A program made the translations under genes and the position numbers. Positions 10,582 to 20,397 of a DNA stretch of 64,000 nucleotides are shown here, in pieces. The DNA lies in the NCBI GenBank assembly GCA_963787125.1, contig CAWBBV010000001.1, forward strand, positions 480,001-544,000, read 5' to 3'. The notes under the pieces are model-generated. The model had not been told where the DNA came from and made no database searches. It was given only the letters and a program-made list of their open reading frames with translations. The first letter of the stretch is position 1; each line of letters opens with the position of its first letter. Source of the DNA: an uncultured delta proteobacterium. Its GTDB lineage: Bacteria > Desulfobacterota > Desulfuromonadia > Geobacterales > DSM-12255.

Positions 10582-10968
10582 ATGAAAGTGCCATCAAACG
10601 AGTGTGAAATTCACCACAGAGCTATCATGTCAGACCTTAAAGGCCGTTCTGTGGTTGACACGAGTGTAGTTTCAGAAATCAAACAGGTTGTTGATAAGTT
10701 CTCTCCAGAAAACATACATGAAGAAGATTGGTGGAAAATTATACTGTATTTGCGAGAAAAGTTGTCAAAGTTTGATTGGATACCAGTTACTGATTCACTT
10801 CCTGCCCCTGGAAGAATGGTGATAACATTCAGTCCCTTTTGCGATATTCCAGTATATCCGGCGTATTTTAATGATGGCATCTGGGAAGATTCGAATAATT
10901 ACGTACTAGCCACTACAGAGGTTACTCACTGGCAGCCGCTCCCAGAACCTCCGTCAGGTAAATTTTGA
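10582..10968 (+). CDS. DUF551-like phage protein
   Basis: WIPVTDSLP...VTHWQPLPEPP; AGGAGG RBS. Confidence 0.8.
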   Translation: MKVPSNECEIHHRAIMSDLKGRSVVDTSVVSEIKQVVDKFSPENIHEEDWWKIILYLREKLSKFDWIPVTDSLPAPGRMVITFSPFCDIPVYPAYFNDGIWEDSNNYVLATTEVTHWQPLPEPPSGKF

Positions 10969-11572
10969 TGTCGTAGTTGCATCCAAGTTTCAGCATAAAG
11001 ACAATTGGGAGCATGTTGTGTATTCTTGAGCATTGTGAATTGCTAGGCGAACAACAGAACAGCTTCACCATCGAGTTCTCGCAAACAGCCAAAAGACAGA
11101 TATTCCTGACAGATATTCCTTGCACAGTCAGATCTCTGAGGCTAAAATACCTCCATAATGTATGTACAGCGTACCGTAAGCTGAGAGTTCCACAGGAACA
11201 GCGGATTGGCTCCCAGAAACCAACCTCGGTAAATTCTGGCGGTTCTATCTCGACCGGCACATGATGCAACGGATAGCAGCGGTGAACAGTCCCACGCTGA
11301 AAACTGGGGGCGAATCGGGAAGGCGACTTCTCGCGGTGGTCAATGACCATCGGCCACAGCAGCTCACACTGACTGTATGGCAATCTAAAGCGACGCAATG
11401 TCAAAAACAAAGAAACTTTATAGCAATAAATCAGGTGAGCTATGCTTTAGTTCGAATTGATAGTAATTTTTGCCGTTATATCAGTCCTTTCACGAAGAAT
11501 TCCCTTTCGAGCCTAAATCACCACTTGTACCACAATCACACACCGATAGAGTATTTAGCAGAATAAAAGCAA

Positions 11573-11600
11573 CAGGCCAGCCCTATTAGGGACTGGCCTG
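11573..11600. terminator. Hairpin, probable terminator downstream of the lipoprotein gene
   Basis: caggccagccct-att-aggg(a)ctggcctg. Confidence 0.55.
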
Positions 11601-11624
11601 AATAATAATACACCTGATTTGCAC

Positions 11625-12371
11625 TTATTTTCGTTCTAAGTAGTAGAGCGTACCCGCTTTAATTTGTTTATCGAGCACAATATCGCCAATCAACTCTTTT
11701 TTGGGGTATTTTTGCATAACTGTGACGCTGATTGAATTTTCGGTAACACTTTCAAGGTACCACTGACCAACTTCAGTGGGGTCACCAATGCCTAAGGACT
11801 TCTTATTTACAGAAACCATTTTTCGAGTGATACTTCCCAAGGATTTCGACACAGCACTAATATCATGTCCAGCCAGTTTACTGTTATCATCATAACAGAA
11901 GTGTGCCCCATTTCCGATATTGGTGCATTGCTTCTCCTCTAATAGGGCTCTCTTCTTATTGTATTCTTCAGTTTTCCGCTTGCTGAGGTTCTTTTCGGAT
12001 TCTACATTCGTGACCAAGTAGCCCTGTCCAGAGTTATCCTTGTAATGGGCGACTGATACAGAATACTTGCTGCTTCCATCAGCAATCTGATCGAGGCCTT
12101 GAGTGTCCGCATTTGTATGAGCATATATATAGTCGTCGTAACGTTGTCCTCCCATGGATACGTGTGATCCTGTCTTAAGTCTGACGAAATACTGTGGAGT
12201 TCCGTCAGCGAATGGGTCTCTCTTGCTAATTTCTTCACTTGGAACATCCCAAAATGCTTTGGAATTGTTCATGTTCGATGGCATATGCAAGGGGACATAG
12301 ATAGGGGCACAAGCAGATAAAGCTGACATGACCAGTATTACAAAAAACAGAAGACTAATGTTCTTACGCAT
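11625..12371 (-). CDS. Hypothetical lipoprotein
   Basis: MRKNISLLFFVILVMSALSA-C lipobox; GGAG RBS upstream of ATG 12371. Confidence 0.75.
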   Translation of the reverse strand: MRKNISLLFFVILVMSALSACAPIYVPLHMPSNMNNSKAFWDVPSEEISKRDPFADGTPQYFVRLKTGSHVSMGGQRYDDYIYAHTNADTQGLDQIADGSSKYSVSVAHYKDNSGQGYLVTNVESEKNLSKRKTEEYNKKRALLEEKQCTNIGNGAHFCYDDNSKLAGHDISAVSKSLGSITRKMVSVNKKSLGIGDPTEVGQWYLESVTENSISVTVMQKYPKKELIGDIVLDKQIKAGTLYYLERK

Positions 12372-12702
12372 TTCAAACTCTCCTTTGCAATTAAATGAGG
12401 AACACAATAAACCGCTCAAAGATACCTATCTGCAATTTCAGGTGATACAAATTACATTATTAATCGTTTGAGTCAAGGATAATTATTAGCGGCCAGCTAT
12501 TACTTCATACTAATATAATACCCATCCATCTCGGCATACGTGGAGAAGCCTTATCGCATTGAATAAGCCAGTCATAACGTTTGTCAGTAGAAAGCTGAAA
12601 TATAGCGGCAATAATTTGTTTGAGTATACCTTAGGGTATATCGTTAATTATGTCTTGCTTAAATATCAATATACTACAGCATATTAGCCGGTTTATTAAA
12701 AC

Positions 12703-12799
12703 GACTACCTCCCTGTAAAAACAGAGGGTTACAGTTTTTTGACTGTAACCCTTTTTGTATATGCTTGAAAAGTGTGAACGTAGGTGTGAACGTTTAAAG
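12703..12799 (+). repeat. Imperfect direct repeat copy 1 (att-like island boundary)
   Basis: gactacctcc-gtaaaaaca-gggttacag...aacccttttt...aagtgtgaacgta.g.gtgaacgtttaaag shared with 21185-21279. Confidence 0.8.
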
Positions 12800-12811
12800 A
12801 GAGTATTCCAG

Positions 12812-13477
12812 TTACAGTTGCCGGATACACTCTTCCGAACTATGGCCCGGACTGTTAACGTAGGTTGAAACCTTGACTGCCGTCAGGCTGTCAGCTGCGC
12901 AGGGTTGAAAGAGTCGGGTTATATTGTCCAGAATATTTTGATCCGTACTTAACCAACTGCTGTAGTCAGCCGGCGACAAGATAACCGGCATCCGCTCATG
13001 TATCGTCGCCATAAAGCTGTTGGCCGCCGTGGTCAGAATACAGAACGTTTCCAGAGATTCGCCTTCCGGCGATCGCCAACTCTCCCACAGTCCGGCAAAT
13101 CCCATCGGCGCATCATCTTTCAATGTAATATACCAGGGCTGCTTGCTGCCGTCAGTGTGTGACCACTCAAAAAATCCCGAAGCCGGGACGATGCAGCGTC
13201 GCTGCCTGAGAGCATGGCGAAAAGATGGCTTTTCATGAACTGTCTCGCTGCGGGCATTGATAATCTTAGAACCGATGAGCGGATCTTTTGCCCAGGAAGG
13301 GACAAGCCCCCAGCCCAGGTCATCAAGCCTACGCTCACCTTTAACTACTTCCCGTACCACCGGCACTTTTTGAGTCGGGGCTATGTTATAGCGCGGTGTC
13401 AGTTGTAGCGGGGGCTTAACGCCGAAGACAGTTCCCAGCAGTTCAGGCGAAAGCAGTGAAGTAAATCGACCACACAT
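12812..13477 (-). CDS. SOS response-associated peptidase (SRAP/YedK/HMCES family)
   Basis: N-terminal MCGRF, RYNIAPTQ, WGLVPSW, INARSET, GFFEW, IHERMPVIL. Confidence 0.95.
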   Translation of the reverse strand: MCGRFTSLLSPELLGTVFGVKPPLQLTPRYNIAPTQKVPVVREVVKGERRLDDLGWGLVPSWAKDPLIGSKIINARSETVHEKPSFRHALRQRRCIVPASGFFEWSHTDGSKQPWYITLKDDAPMGFAGLWESWRSPEGESLETFCILTTAANSFMATIHERMPVILSPADYSSWLSTDQNILDNITRLFQPCAADSLTAVKVSTYVNSPGHSSEECIRQL

Positions 13478-13481
13478 GATC

Positions 13482-13664
13482 TTAGCGGGAAATGTAGGCG
13501 TTCAGGCCGATGGTGATCGGCTTACCATCAACCATGGCGGTGGTAACGGCATTACCCCTTGTGCTGGCGACCACCAGCGTCTTGCCGGTAGATGAGGGGG
13601 TCGGTTTCTCCAGGTCTATCTCTATGCAAAGCTTATTGCCTTTTATTTCAACTGTCATTGCCAT
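13482..13664 (-). CDS. Small hypothetical protein co-transcribed with SRAP
   Basis: AGGAG RBS, 60 aa, PSSTGKTLVVASTRGN, 4-bp gap to SRAP. Confidence 0.7.
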   Translation of the reverse strand: MAMTVEIKGNKLCIEIDLEKPTPSSTGKTLVVASTRGNAVTTAMVDGKPITIGLNAYISR

Positions 13665-13877
13665 AGATGTCTCCTTTAGGATAACGGCTGCGCGTCCAAC
13701 GGTGTGGTTGGAAGCTCAATTTTTATCGAGCATTTAATTTTGTCTCATGTCAAGGGCAGACCCTTCCGGAGTTCTGCAAGCACATCGTGGTGCACTTACA
13801 AATGTGAATCTGCCTAACAAGGCTTTTTTATCAGCTCTTTGGAAGCGTCTTAAAGATTCCTTCCAAGTGACTTCTGT

Positions 13878-16800
13878 CTATTTAACAGCAAACAATGCGC
13901 TGTCCTTCCCAAAATTAATAATCAAAGGTGTCTGTGGATGGCCTAGTTGCGTAGAAATTTCAGTTGTCTTGTTCTTGGAATACATTCCGAGACCTATTAC
14001 CGTCACGTTTCCATTACTGTCTTTGCCGACTTCTTCTGTATTCTTAATGCCGCTCAGAAGGGTGTGGGTATACAGCCCATTCCCTCGGTAACCATCCATG
14101 GCAGTTTGAACACTACCTGCAGAGGCATAGATGTGAAGACCCATTTTCTTTGCCATAACTGACATTCTGGCATCATAGAGCGAGCTGATAATGTTGTCGA
14201 CACCACCTGCGTGACAGGTGTCAAAGATGAAGAGCTGGGACAATGATTTTACCTTTTTCGATATCTCAACTATTTCGTTAGAGCTGATCAGTTTATTTGT
14301 GTCATTCAGGTTGCCATTGTAGTCAGAAGTTACGATGTAATACTGATCCTGTACCAGTGCACCATGCGAAGCTACAAAGAGGATAAAGCTGTCTCCATGC
14401 TTGATTTTACGGGAAAGGGTTTCAATCTTCGATAATATATTCGCTTTGCTGGCCTGGTTATCCAGTAAACGCTCTACATGGATATTGTCTGGTTTGTAGA
14501 GGCTAAGTGCTTTTTCTGGCAACTTGGTAATAAAGTCGTTAGCATCCTTGGCCGCATATTTGAGGTTAACACTTCCGTCTTTATATTTGTCTATGCCAAT
14601 TGCGAGAATAAAGAGCCTAGGTTCAACAGGCTTGCGGGAAGATTCAAAGACAGCTGTTTGCATATAACTCTGGATCGAGTTGTTGGCATTAAATGCGGCA
14701 ACGCTGATCTCGTTCTCACCGGATACCGCTTCCAGTTCAACGCACTCTTTGATTGAATCACCTTTAGACTTTGCGACAATGAAATCAGGCTTTTCTTTTG
14801 CCAGAATCGAAAGTCCCCGCATATCCTTCTGGATTGCACGACTGTTCATGCTGTCAAGTTGTCGTTTCTCAGATGTACTCTTGGCAATGGCATCGCGGTA
14901 AAAGCCATCAGATTTGACCAGTTTTCCATTCTGGAACAGACGGACCTCACCGATTCCGCCACCGGTACTCTTTATGCTGTAACAAAGCTGGACAAACTCT
15001 TTATCGGATTTATTAGGGATTGCTGAAAGCATGACAGTTGGGGGAGGATTACGTATGGCATCTTCAATTGTTATGCTGATCATGTTATTTATGTCTTCGC
15101 CTTTGAGTTTTACTTGTACGATATCAGGGCGGTAGAAAACATCATAGAACTGGTCAATGCCGTAGACCGTATTACTGTTTCTGAGACGAATATTGAGCTG
15201 TTTATGACCATTCAACGATGAGTTGTAGTACCCCTCAGGTGTCATGACAATCCATTCGTTATCACTGAAGGAGCTGAACTGGGCTATTTCTTTACCGGAA
15301 GCAGTCTCCCATTGCCGGATTGCATTTTTTCCTGCGAGAACATACTTTCCCTCTGGACTGAATGCGGCAAAATTAACATTACCTGATCCTTTAAAAGTAC
15401 GTATTGCTCTACCAGTTCCCGTGTCATAGAGTTTCAGGCTATCCTCGCTAAATGATAATGCCCCGCCTTTTGTCCCAGCTAGTGCATATTTCCCATCCGG
15501 GCTGAAGGCAATAGATTCAACAAAGTCAATACCCCCCATTGACTTTATTTTTTGCCCGCTGGCAATATCCCAAAGTTTGATGGTTTGACGCGTTATAGAA
15601 CTCCCTGAAAGAGCATACTTCCCATCCGGGCTAATTGCTATAGCCTGGACACTGCCTGCATTTTCGATAGTTTTAATCTTAGTTCCATTACTGACATTCC
15701 AAAAACTGAGCTTGCCATCATAACTTCCCGCGAGCAGAAAGCGACCGTCTGGACTGAAGGCAATCGAGGAAATCATGTACTGATCACTTTTAATGGTCCA
15801 TATCTCTTTCGCGCTATTAATGTCTCTGAGAGTAAGGATCGACCCACTTCCTGCAGAAAGCACATATTTCCCGTCAGGGCTAATAACAACAGATTTAACT
15901 GCAGACTGCCCCGTGAAAGTTCGGATTTCCTTGCCGCTGCTTAACTCCCAAAGTTTAAGAGTTTTATCCTCACTTCCTGAAAGAGCATAATTTCCATCTG
16001 GGCTTAGGGCTACAGAATTAACTTTTTGGGAATGCCCCTTAAAAGCCTGTATCTTCCTGCCGCTGCCGATATCCCATAAATTGAGGTCGTTATCGTCACT
16101 TCCAGAAAGTATATATTTCCCGTCAAAGCTGACGGCGGCAGAATTTATATCTGCTGAATGGCCGCTGAATGTGCGGACTTCATTTCCGCTGTTAATTTCC
16201 CAGAGTTTACTGGTTTTATCAATACTACCTGAAAGCAGATAGTTCCCATCCTGACTAAAAACGGCCGAAAGCACCCGGGCTGAAAGTCCCTTATAATTTC
16301 GTATCTCCATACCACTATTAAGATCCCAGATTTTTAGAGCATTATCCCACCCTCCGGAAAGAACTTGCTTGCCATCTGGACTAAAGGCTACAGTCGCAAC
16401 TCTATTTGTGTGCCCCTTAAGAGTTCGTATCTCCTTACCGCTGCGAATGTCCCAGAGTTTCACGGTGCTATCCCACGCCCCGGAGAGAGCATATTTCCCA
16501 TCCGGACTGAAGGCGACTGATAAAACACCATCACAGAAAGGGGCTGCTCCCGAGTGCCCCTTAAATGTACGTATTTCCTTGCCGTCACTAATGTCCCAGA
16601 GCTTTAAGGTGTTATCTGCACCTCCAGAAAGTGCGTGCTTTCCGTCTGGGCTAAAGGCTATAGAATTAATCTTATCTTCATCGCCGAAACTGCCTATGAT
16701 CTCATCGAAGTATTTTTTTAAACCTTCAGTCAACTTTTTATCGCCATCTGGGTCACTGTCTTGGCCATTGGCTTGTTTATCAGTCTTATTAGGTTGTCCC

Positions 16801-17306
16801 CAAGTTCTAACTTTAGTCCCGGCACTGATATCCCATAGAGAAATGCCTCTCCCCGCAGAGAGGGCATACTTCCCATCCGGACTGAACGCTACCGAGTTAA
16901 TATCGCCCGAATCCCCCATTGAACGGATTTCAGCGCCGCTACCGAGATCCCAAACCTTAAGACTATCTTTTCTATTTTCATTCCCGCGATTATTACTGCC
17001 GGAGAGGACATACATTCCATTTGGGCTGATAGCAACGGTATTTACCGGTTGTGTGTGCCCCTTAAAAGTTCTAATCTCTTTACCTGTGCTAATGTCCCAG
17101 AGCTTAATGGTGTTATCCCAACTTCCTGTGAGCAAATGTTTCCCATCTGGGGTTACGGTTATTGCGCTAACTGCCTTTGAATGCCCAAGTTGTGCAAAAA
17201 TCTCCATTTCCACTTTACTGTTTTCCGTGGCTGCTGCCACACTGTCTGCCATGACTGTATTACAGAGGGACATAAAAACTATTGCCAAGAACAGTTTCTG
17301 AATCAT
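13878..17306 (-). CDS. Secreted WD40-repeat protein with C-terminal caspase-like (peptidase C14) domain
   Basis: Signal peptide; about 14 WD40 repeats; LAIGIDKY...LKYAAKDA; catalytic ASHG and DTCHAG. Confidence 0.92.
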   Translation of the reverse strand: MIQKLFLAIVFMSLCNTVMADSVAAATENSKVEMEIFAQLGHSKAVSAITVTPDGKHLLTGSWDNTIKLWDISTGKEIRTFKGHTQPVNTVAISPNGMYVLSGSNNRGNENRKDSLKVWDLGSGAEIRSMGDSGDINSVAFSPDGKYALSAGRGISLWDISAGTKVRTWGQPNKTDKQANGQDSDPDGDKKLTEGLKKYFDEIIGSFGDEDKINSIAFSPDGKHALSGGADNTLKLWDISDGKEIRTFKGHSGAAPFCDGVLSVAFSPDGKYALSGAWDSTVKLWDIRSGKEIRTLKGHTNRVATVAFSPDGKQVLSGGWDNALKIWDLNSGMEIRNYKGLSARVLSAVFSQDGNYLLSGSIDKTSKLWEINSGNEVRTFSGHSADINSAAVSFDGKYILSGSDDNDLNLWDIGSGRKIQAFKGHSQKVNSVALSPDGNYALSGSEDKTLKLWELSSGKEIRTFTGQSAVKSVVISPDGKYVLSAGSGSILTLRDINSAKEIWTIKSDQYMISSIAFSPDGRFLLAGSYDGKLSFWNVSNGTKIKTIENAGSVQAIAISPDGKYALSGSSITRQTIKLWDIASGQKIKSMGGIDFVESIAFSPDGKYALAGTKGGALSFSEDSLKLYDTGTGRAIRTFKGSGNVNFAAFSPEGKYVLAGKNAIRQWETASGKEIAQFSSFSDNEWIVMTPEGYYNSSLNGHKQLNIRLRNSNTVYGIDQFYDVFYRPDIVQVKLKGEDINNMISITIEDAIRNPPPTVMLSAIPNKSDKEFVQLCYSIKSTGGGIGEVRLFQNGKLVKSDGFYRDAIAKSTSEKRQLDSMNSRAIQKDMRGLSILAKEKPDFIVAKSKGDSIKECVELEAVSGENEISVAAFNANNSIQSYMQTAVFESSRKPVEPRLFILAIGIDKYKDGSVNLKYAAKDANDFITKLPEKALSLYKPDNIHVERLLDNQASKANILSKIETLSRKIKHGDSFILFVASHGALVQDQYYIVTSDYNGNLNDTNKLISSNEIVEISKKVKSLSQLFIFDTCHAGGVDNIISSLYDARMSVMAKKMGLHIYASAGSVQTAMDGYRGNGLYTHTLLSGIKNTEEVGKDSNGNVTVIGLGMYSKNKTTEISTQLGHPQTPLIINFGKDSALFAVK

Positions 17307-17357
17307 GAAAACTCCTTCGTGGAACTATATTCGTAAAACCTACTACCATTAAAAGTC

Positions 17358-17478
17358 TCATAACAACAACTCTAATCTATCAAAACAAACTATAATAGTT
17401 AACGGTATCAATTGCTCGAATTCAAACACAGAAAGCCAGACAAAATGCCTGGCTTTCAAGTTTAGAGTGCTGTTAAGC
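17358..17478 (-). repeat. attC-like integron cassette recombination site
   Basis: On - strand GCTTAAC-5 nt-TCTAAAC ... GATTAGA-6 nt-GTTATGA; 121 bp; core related to 19857-19976. Confidence 0.55.
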
Positions 17479-17664
17479 ATTTACATTGCATCGGTATCCA
17501 GCATCTCTCGAACTTAACCAACCTTCTGCAAGTTCACAATGACCAGGCGGGTATCTGAATTTAAAGAATCTTTAGGATTACGCAAATTTATACCGATTTT
17601 CGTTCAAAACCTTTCTGATAGTTAATGTCTTAAGGATTAATTCCAGATGCCGAATACGACTTCA

Positions 17665-18426
17665 CTAGTTGAGTGAAGTTATAAAACGCTCGATAGCATT
17701 CATATATGCCTTCACATTCACTGCCAGAATATTGTTGTGACCCCCCCGCTCGAATATCAGCTTCTCTTTCGGTTCTCTGGCCCACGCATACAACTGCTCC
17801 CCATGGGAGACATTGACCAGATCGTCGTTACGGGTATGCATGATCAACGTTCGCCCGGTGAACCTTTCTATCTTCAGCTTCTGGTTGAGGTGCTGCGCAA
17901 CTGCACACTCGAGTGATTCCATGGTAGCTCCTATCTGATACGGCTCTACCCTGACCAGGATTCTTTCCAGCGGCTCTGCAAGTCCACTTTCGATAATAAG
18001 CCCTGCTGCATCCGGGTAGAGATATGCTCCATGCACGGCATACAAAGAGCCGAGAGAGCGCCCGAAGAAGATGATCCGCTGGGGCGGCACTCCGCTAGCT
18101 TCGACGATCAACCTCACATCGTCCAGCATGGCTGCCAGTCCCGGCTCACCGTCAGACATGCCGTAGCCCCGGTACTCAGCCAGCAGCAGGTTGACCCCCA
18201 TGCCGGTCAAGATCTGCTCGAAATCGCCGAGATAATCGGCTACCGTCTCGCCGTTGCCGTGGAAATGGATAATTGTCGGATAGTCGTTCGAGAGCCGCAG
18301 GTAACGGCAGCCCAAGCGAAAACCCTCCCCTTGCACGAAAAATGGCTCGGCAAAATGATTCGGATACGGATAGAAGTAGCGTGCTGTCAGCAGGGGATGA
18401 TCAAGAATTGGATCAGTCATATGCAT
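17665..18426 (-). CDS. Alpha/beta hydrolase (ABHD17/YfhR-like)
   Basis: FHGNGE, EYRGYG, GRSLG nucleophile, DDLV, GGHN. Confidence 0.9.
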   Translation of the reverse strand: MHMTDPILDHPLLTARYFYPYPNHFAEPFFVQGEGFRLGCRYLRLSNDYPTIIHFHGNGETVADYLGDFEQILTGMGVNLLLAEYRGYGMSDGEPGLAAMLDDVRLIVEASGVPPQRIIFFGRSLGSLYAVHGAYLYPDAAGLIIESGLAEPLERILVRVEPYQIGATMESLECAVAQHLNQKLKIERFTGRTLIMHTRNDDLVNVSHGEQLYAWAREPKEKLIFERGGHNNILAVNVKAYMNAIERFITSLN

Positions 18427-18432
18427 TGACTC

Positions 18433-19206
18433 CTATATCAGTCTGGACACCTTGCCAACCGGAGCTATGTAAATACTGAACTCTTCTTTACCATCAACCT
18501 CCAACAGTTCATCTGCCAAAGTCTGATTGTACGCTGCAATGGCACATGTGCCGGCAGAGATAGCTTCACAGGCAAGATAAAGATTCTGGCAAACATGGCC
18601 GGCATCAAGGGCAATGACTTTATAGGAGGCATCCCCATAGCGCCATTCGGTCCGCTCAGGAATGACTGTCCAGATAAAGGTAACGGCAGCCTGGCCGCTG
18701 AAGTTCTGGCCGTGGGTCGCTGCCGTCAGATGTATTGGCAAGCGGTCTATTCCCCTGACGAACACAAGCGCGTGCTCAAGCGGCAGGTAGCGGTAAATAG
18801 CGCTCTCAAGACCATCTACCCTCAATACAGCAAGATATGTTTCAAAGGGATGGCGGCAGCCAGCAGATGGGACGGTGCGCAGCACTGCCGCTTCATGGAT
18901 CACTGCACGGACACCTTGAGTCGCCCAGAGGAGAAAGGCGAGTTCCTCAAGTGAAAGTGGGTCTGGAGTAAAGCGTCGATGACTCTCCCGGTTGGCTATG
19001 GCCGCCTGCAGATCGCAGGGAGGAATCGACCATGAATCCAGACTGGGCAGGGGAATAATCCTGCTTCCCGGCGGTGCGGGTTTCTGCACGGGTGGCGGCT
19101 GCAAACCACGATTTTGAGCGGTTATCCTGAAGTCCACCTCTTCCCTGATCAGATCGGTCAGAAAGTACCTGCCGCTTGCCGTTGTTATCGTTGGCTGCTT
19201 TTTCAT
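18433..19206 (-). CDS. SagB/ThcOx-family FMN dehydrogenase (nitroreductase fold)
   Basis: NRESHRRF, LLWATQG, RTVPSAG.RHPFETY, LDAGHVCQNLYL. Confidence 0.9.
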   Translation of the reverse strand: MKKQPTITTASGRYFLTDLIREEVDFRITAQNRGLQPPPVQKPAPPGSRIIPLPSLDSWSIPPCDLQAAIANRESHRRFTPDPLSLEELAFLLWATQGVRAVIHEAAVLRTVPSAGCRHPFETYLAVLRVDGLESAIYRYLPLEHALVFVRGIDRLPIHLTAATHGQNFSGQAAVTFIWTVIPERTEWRYGDASYKVIALDAGHVCQNLYLACEAISAGTCAIAAYNQTLADELLEVDGKEEFSIYIAPVGKVSRLI

Positions 19207-19207
19207 G

Positions 19208-19795
19208 TCATAACTCCTTTATCCAGAACTGCATTGGATGCTCACGACTCGTTCCATCAGTTTCAAGCCAGGAGAAGCTTGTAGTGACTGCCGCTATGGC
19301 TTTGAATCCTGTCCGGTTAAGAAACCTCTCTATCGGGAGATAATGCGCAGGGCGGTGCCGATGATCGTCGGGCCGCACTGCTGTGGCACAGGTCAGGTAG
19401 CGGTAGCTGCCTAAAGAGCGAACCTTGTCTTCCATCATGGACAATAGTTTCATCCCCAGACCACGGTTACGGTAAGCCGGATAAAAGAGGAGTTCTCCAA
19501 CATAATAGATGCTGTCAACCGGGTAAGGGGTGGCGGCAAATGGATCGATTAACTCTTTCTGCTCATATTGCAGCGGTATGCCTGTCGCCGCGCCCACGAC
19601 TCTTCCGGCATCAGTTACGGTAATAACACAAGCTTCAGCAGTCTGCGCATATACGCTCAGATAGCGGAGCTCACTCTCGCGCTTACCGTCATACAGGTAA
19701 GGGAACTCTCGGAATATTTCGATCCGGAGCGTGGCAAGAGCATCCAGGCTCTCGTCTACTTCATTCCCTGTCAAAAGCTTAGTGGTTAATGACAT
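19208..19795 (-). CDS. GNAT-family N-acetyltransferase
   Basis: LRIEIFREFPYLYDG, YRNRGLG acetyl-CoA motif. Confidence 0.88.
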   Translation of the reverse strand: MSLTTKLLTGNEVDESLDALATLRIEIFREFPYLYDGKRESELRYLSVYAQTAEACVITVTDAGRVVGAATGIPLQYEQKELIDPFAATPYPVDSIYYVGELLFYPAYRNRGLGMKLLSMMEDKVRSLGSYRYLTCATAVRPDDHRHRPAHYLPIERFLNRTGFKAIAAVTTSFSWLETDGTSREHPMQFWIKEL

Positions 19796-19856
19796 GATAC
19801 ATTACCTTCGTTGTGATTCATATACGCCTTCCTCTCCACGGCCAGAATGGTATTGT

Positions 19857-19976
19857 GATCACCCGCTCGAATAAGTGTTCAGACCTATGGTAACCTGTTT
19901 ACCGACAACTGGCTCGAGTTAAAACAAAGCAAGCCAGACAAAAGTGCCTGCCTTTCTAATTTAATGCGTTGTTCTT
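19857..19976 (-). repeat. Degenerate attC-like site, second copy
   Basis: Shares gctcga.tt.aaaca.ag.aagccagacaaaa.tgcctg.ctttc.a.ttta core with 17414-17474; the expected GTT core reads GTG. Confidence 0.45.
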
Positions 19977-20097
19977 ATCCAGTGATCCGCCATGTATTAA
20001 AAGAACTCAGAAAAATTCTTTTACAATGAACGGCTTCAATATATTGTGAGCATAGTAAAAAGCATTTGCATCCCGTCCCATGTTTTTAGAGGCAAAA

Positions 20098-20397
20098 ATG
20101 ACCATCGGCGAAACACTTTCAAGGAAATCCCGCCTTAATATCGTTGCAGGGATTATAAGTTGGCTTGCCTACGCCGCTTCTATTTACGCCTCAAACAGAA
20201 CAGGTAATAGCCTGTTACCTATATTTTTTCTTTTACCCTTCTTGTACATCGCATTCAGGCAAATTCTCTTTATGCGCTGCCCACGATGCAAAGGGAGACT
20301 TGGGCAACAGTTGGCTCTGGCATCTGCGCCATGGTCACGAAATAAGCAAGTGACACATTGCCCCCATTGCAAAGTCAATTTCAATGACCCTCTCTGA
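20098..20397 (+). CDS. Small membrane protein with zinc-ribbon motif
   Basis: Two TM helices then CPRC...CPHC; GAGG RBS. Confidence 0.6.
   Translation: MTIGETLSRKSRLNIVAGIISWLAYAASIYASNRTGNSLLPIFFLLPFLYIAFRQILFMRCPRCKGRLGQQLALASAPWSRNKQVTHCPHCKVNFNDPL

Noticed and set aside
10922..11566. Overlapping ORFs on both strands and a 13-bp tandem repeat (gacagatattcct, 11095-11120)
   Set aside because: No recognisable motif or convincing RBS; may be a decayed gene but cannot be supported
12703..12712. GACTACCTCC as the 3' end of a tRNA or tmRNA
   Set aside because: No T-arm (GTTCGA) or full acceptor stem visible; target left unassigned
13812..13823. GCCTAACAAGGC, resembling an attC end downstream of the caspase gene
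   Set aside because: No matching partner core or hairpin found
15300..17200. Periodic repeats that could suggest CRISPR or DGR
   Set aside because: Degenerate coding WD40 repeats; no cas or reverse transcriptase genes
16369..17301. 310-aa plus-strand ORF
   Set aside because: Antisense shadow of the WD40 repeats
18433..19206. RiPP (TOMM) biosynthetic cluster
   Set aside because: No YcaO, precursor peptide or exporter nearby
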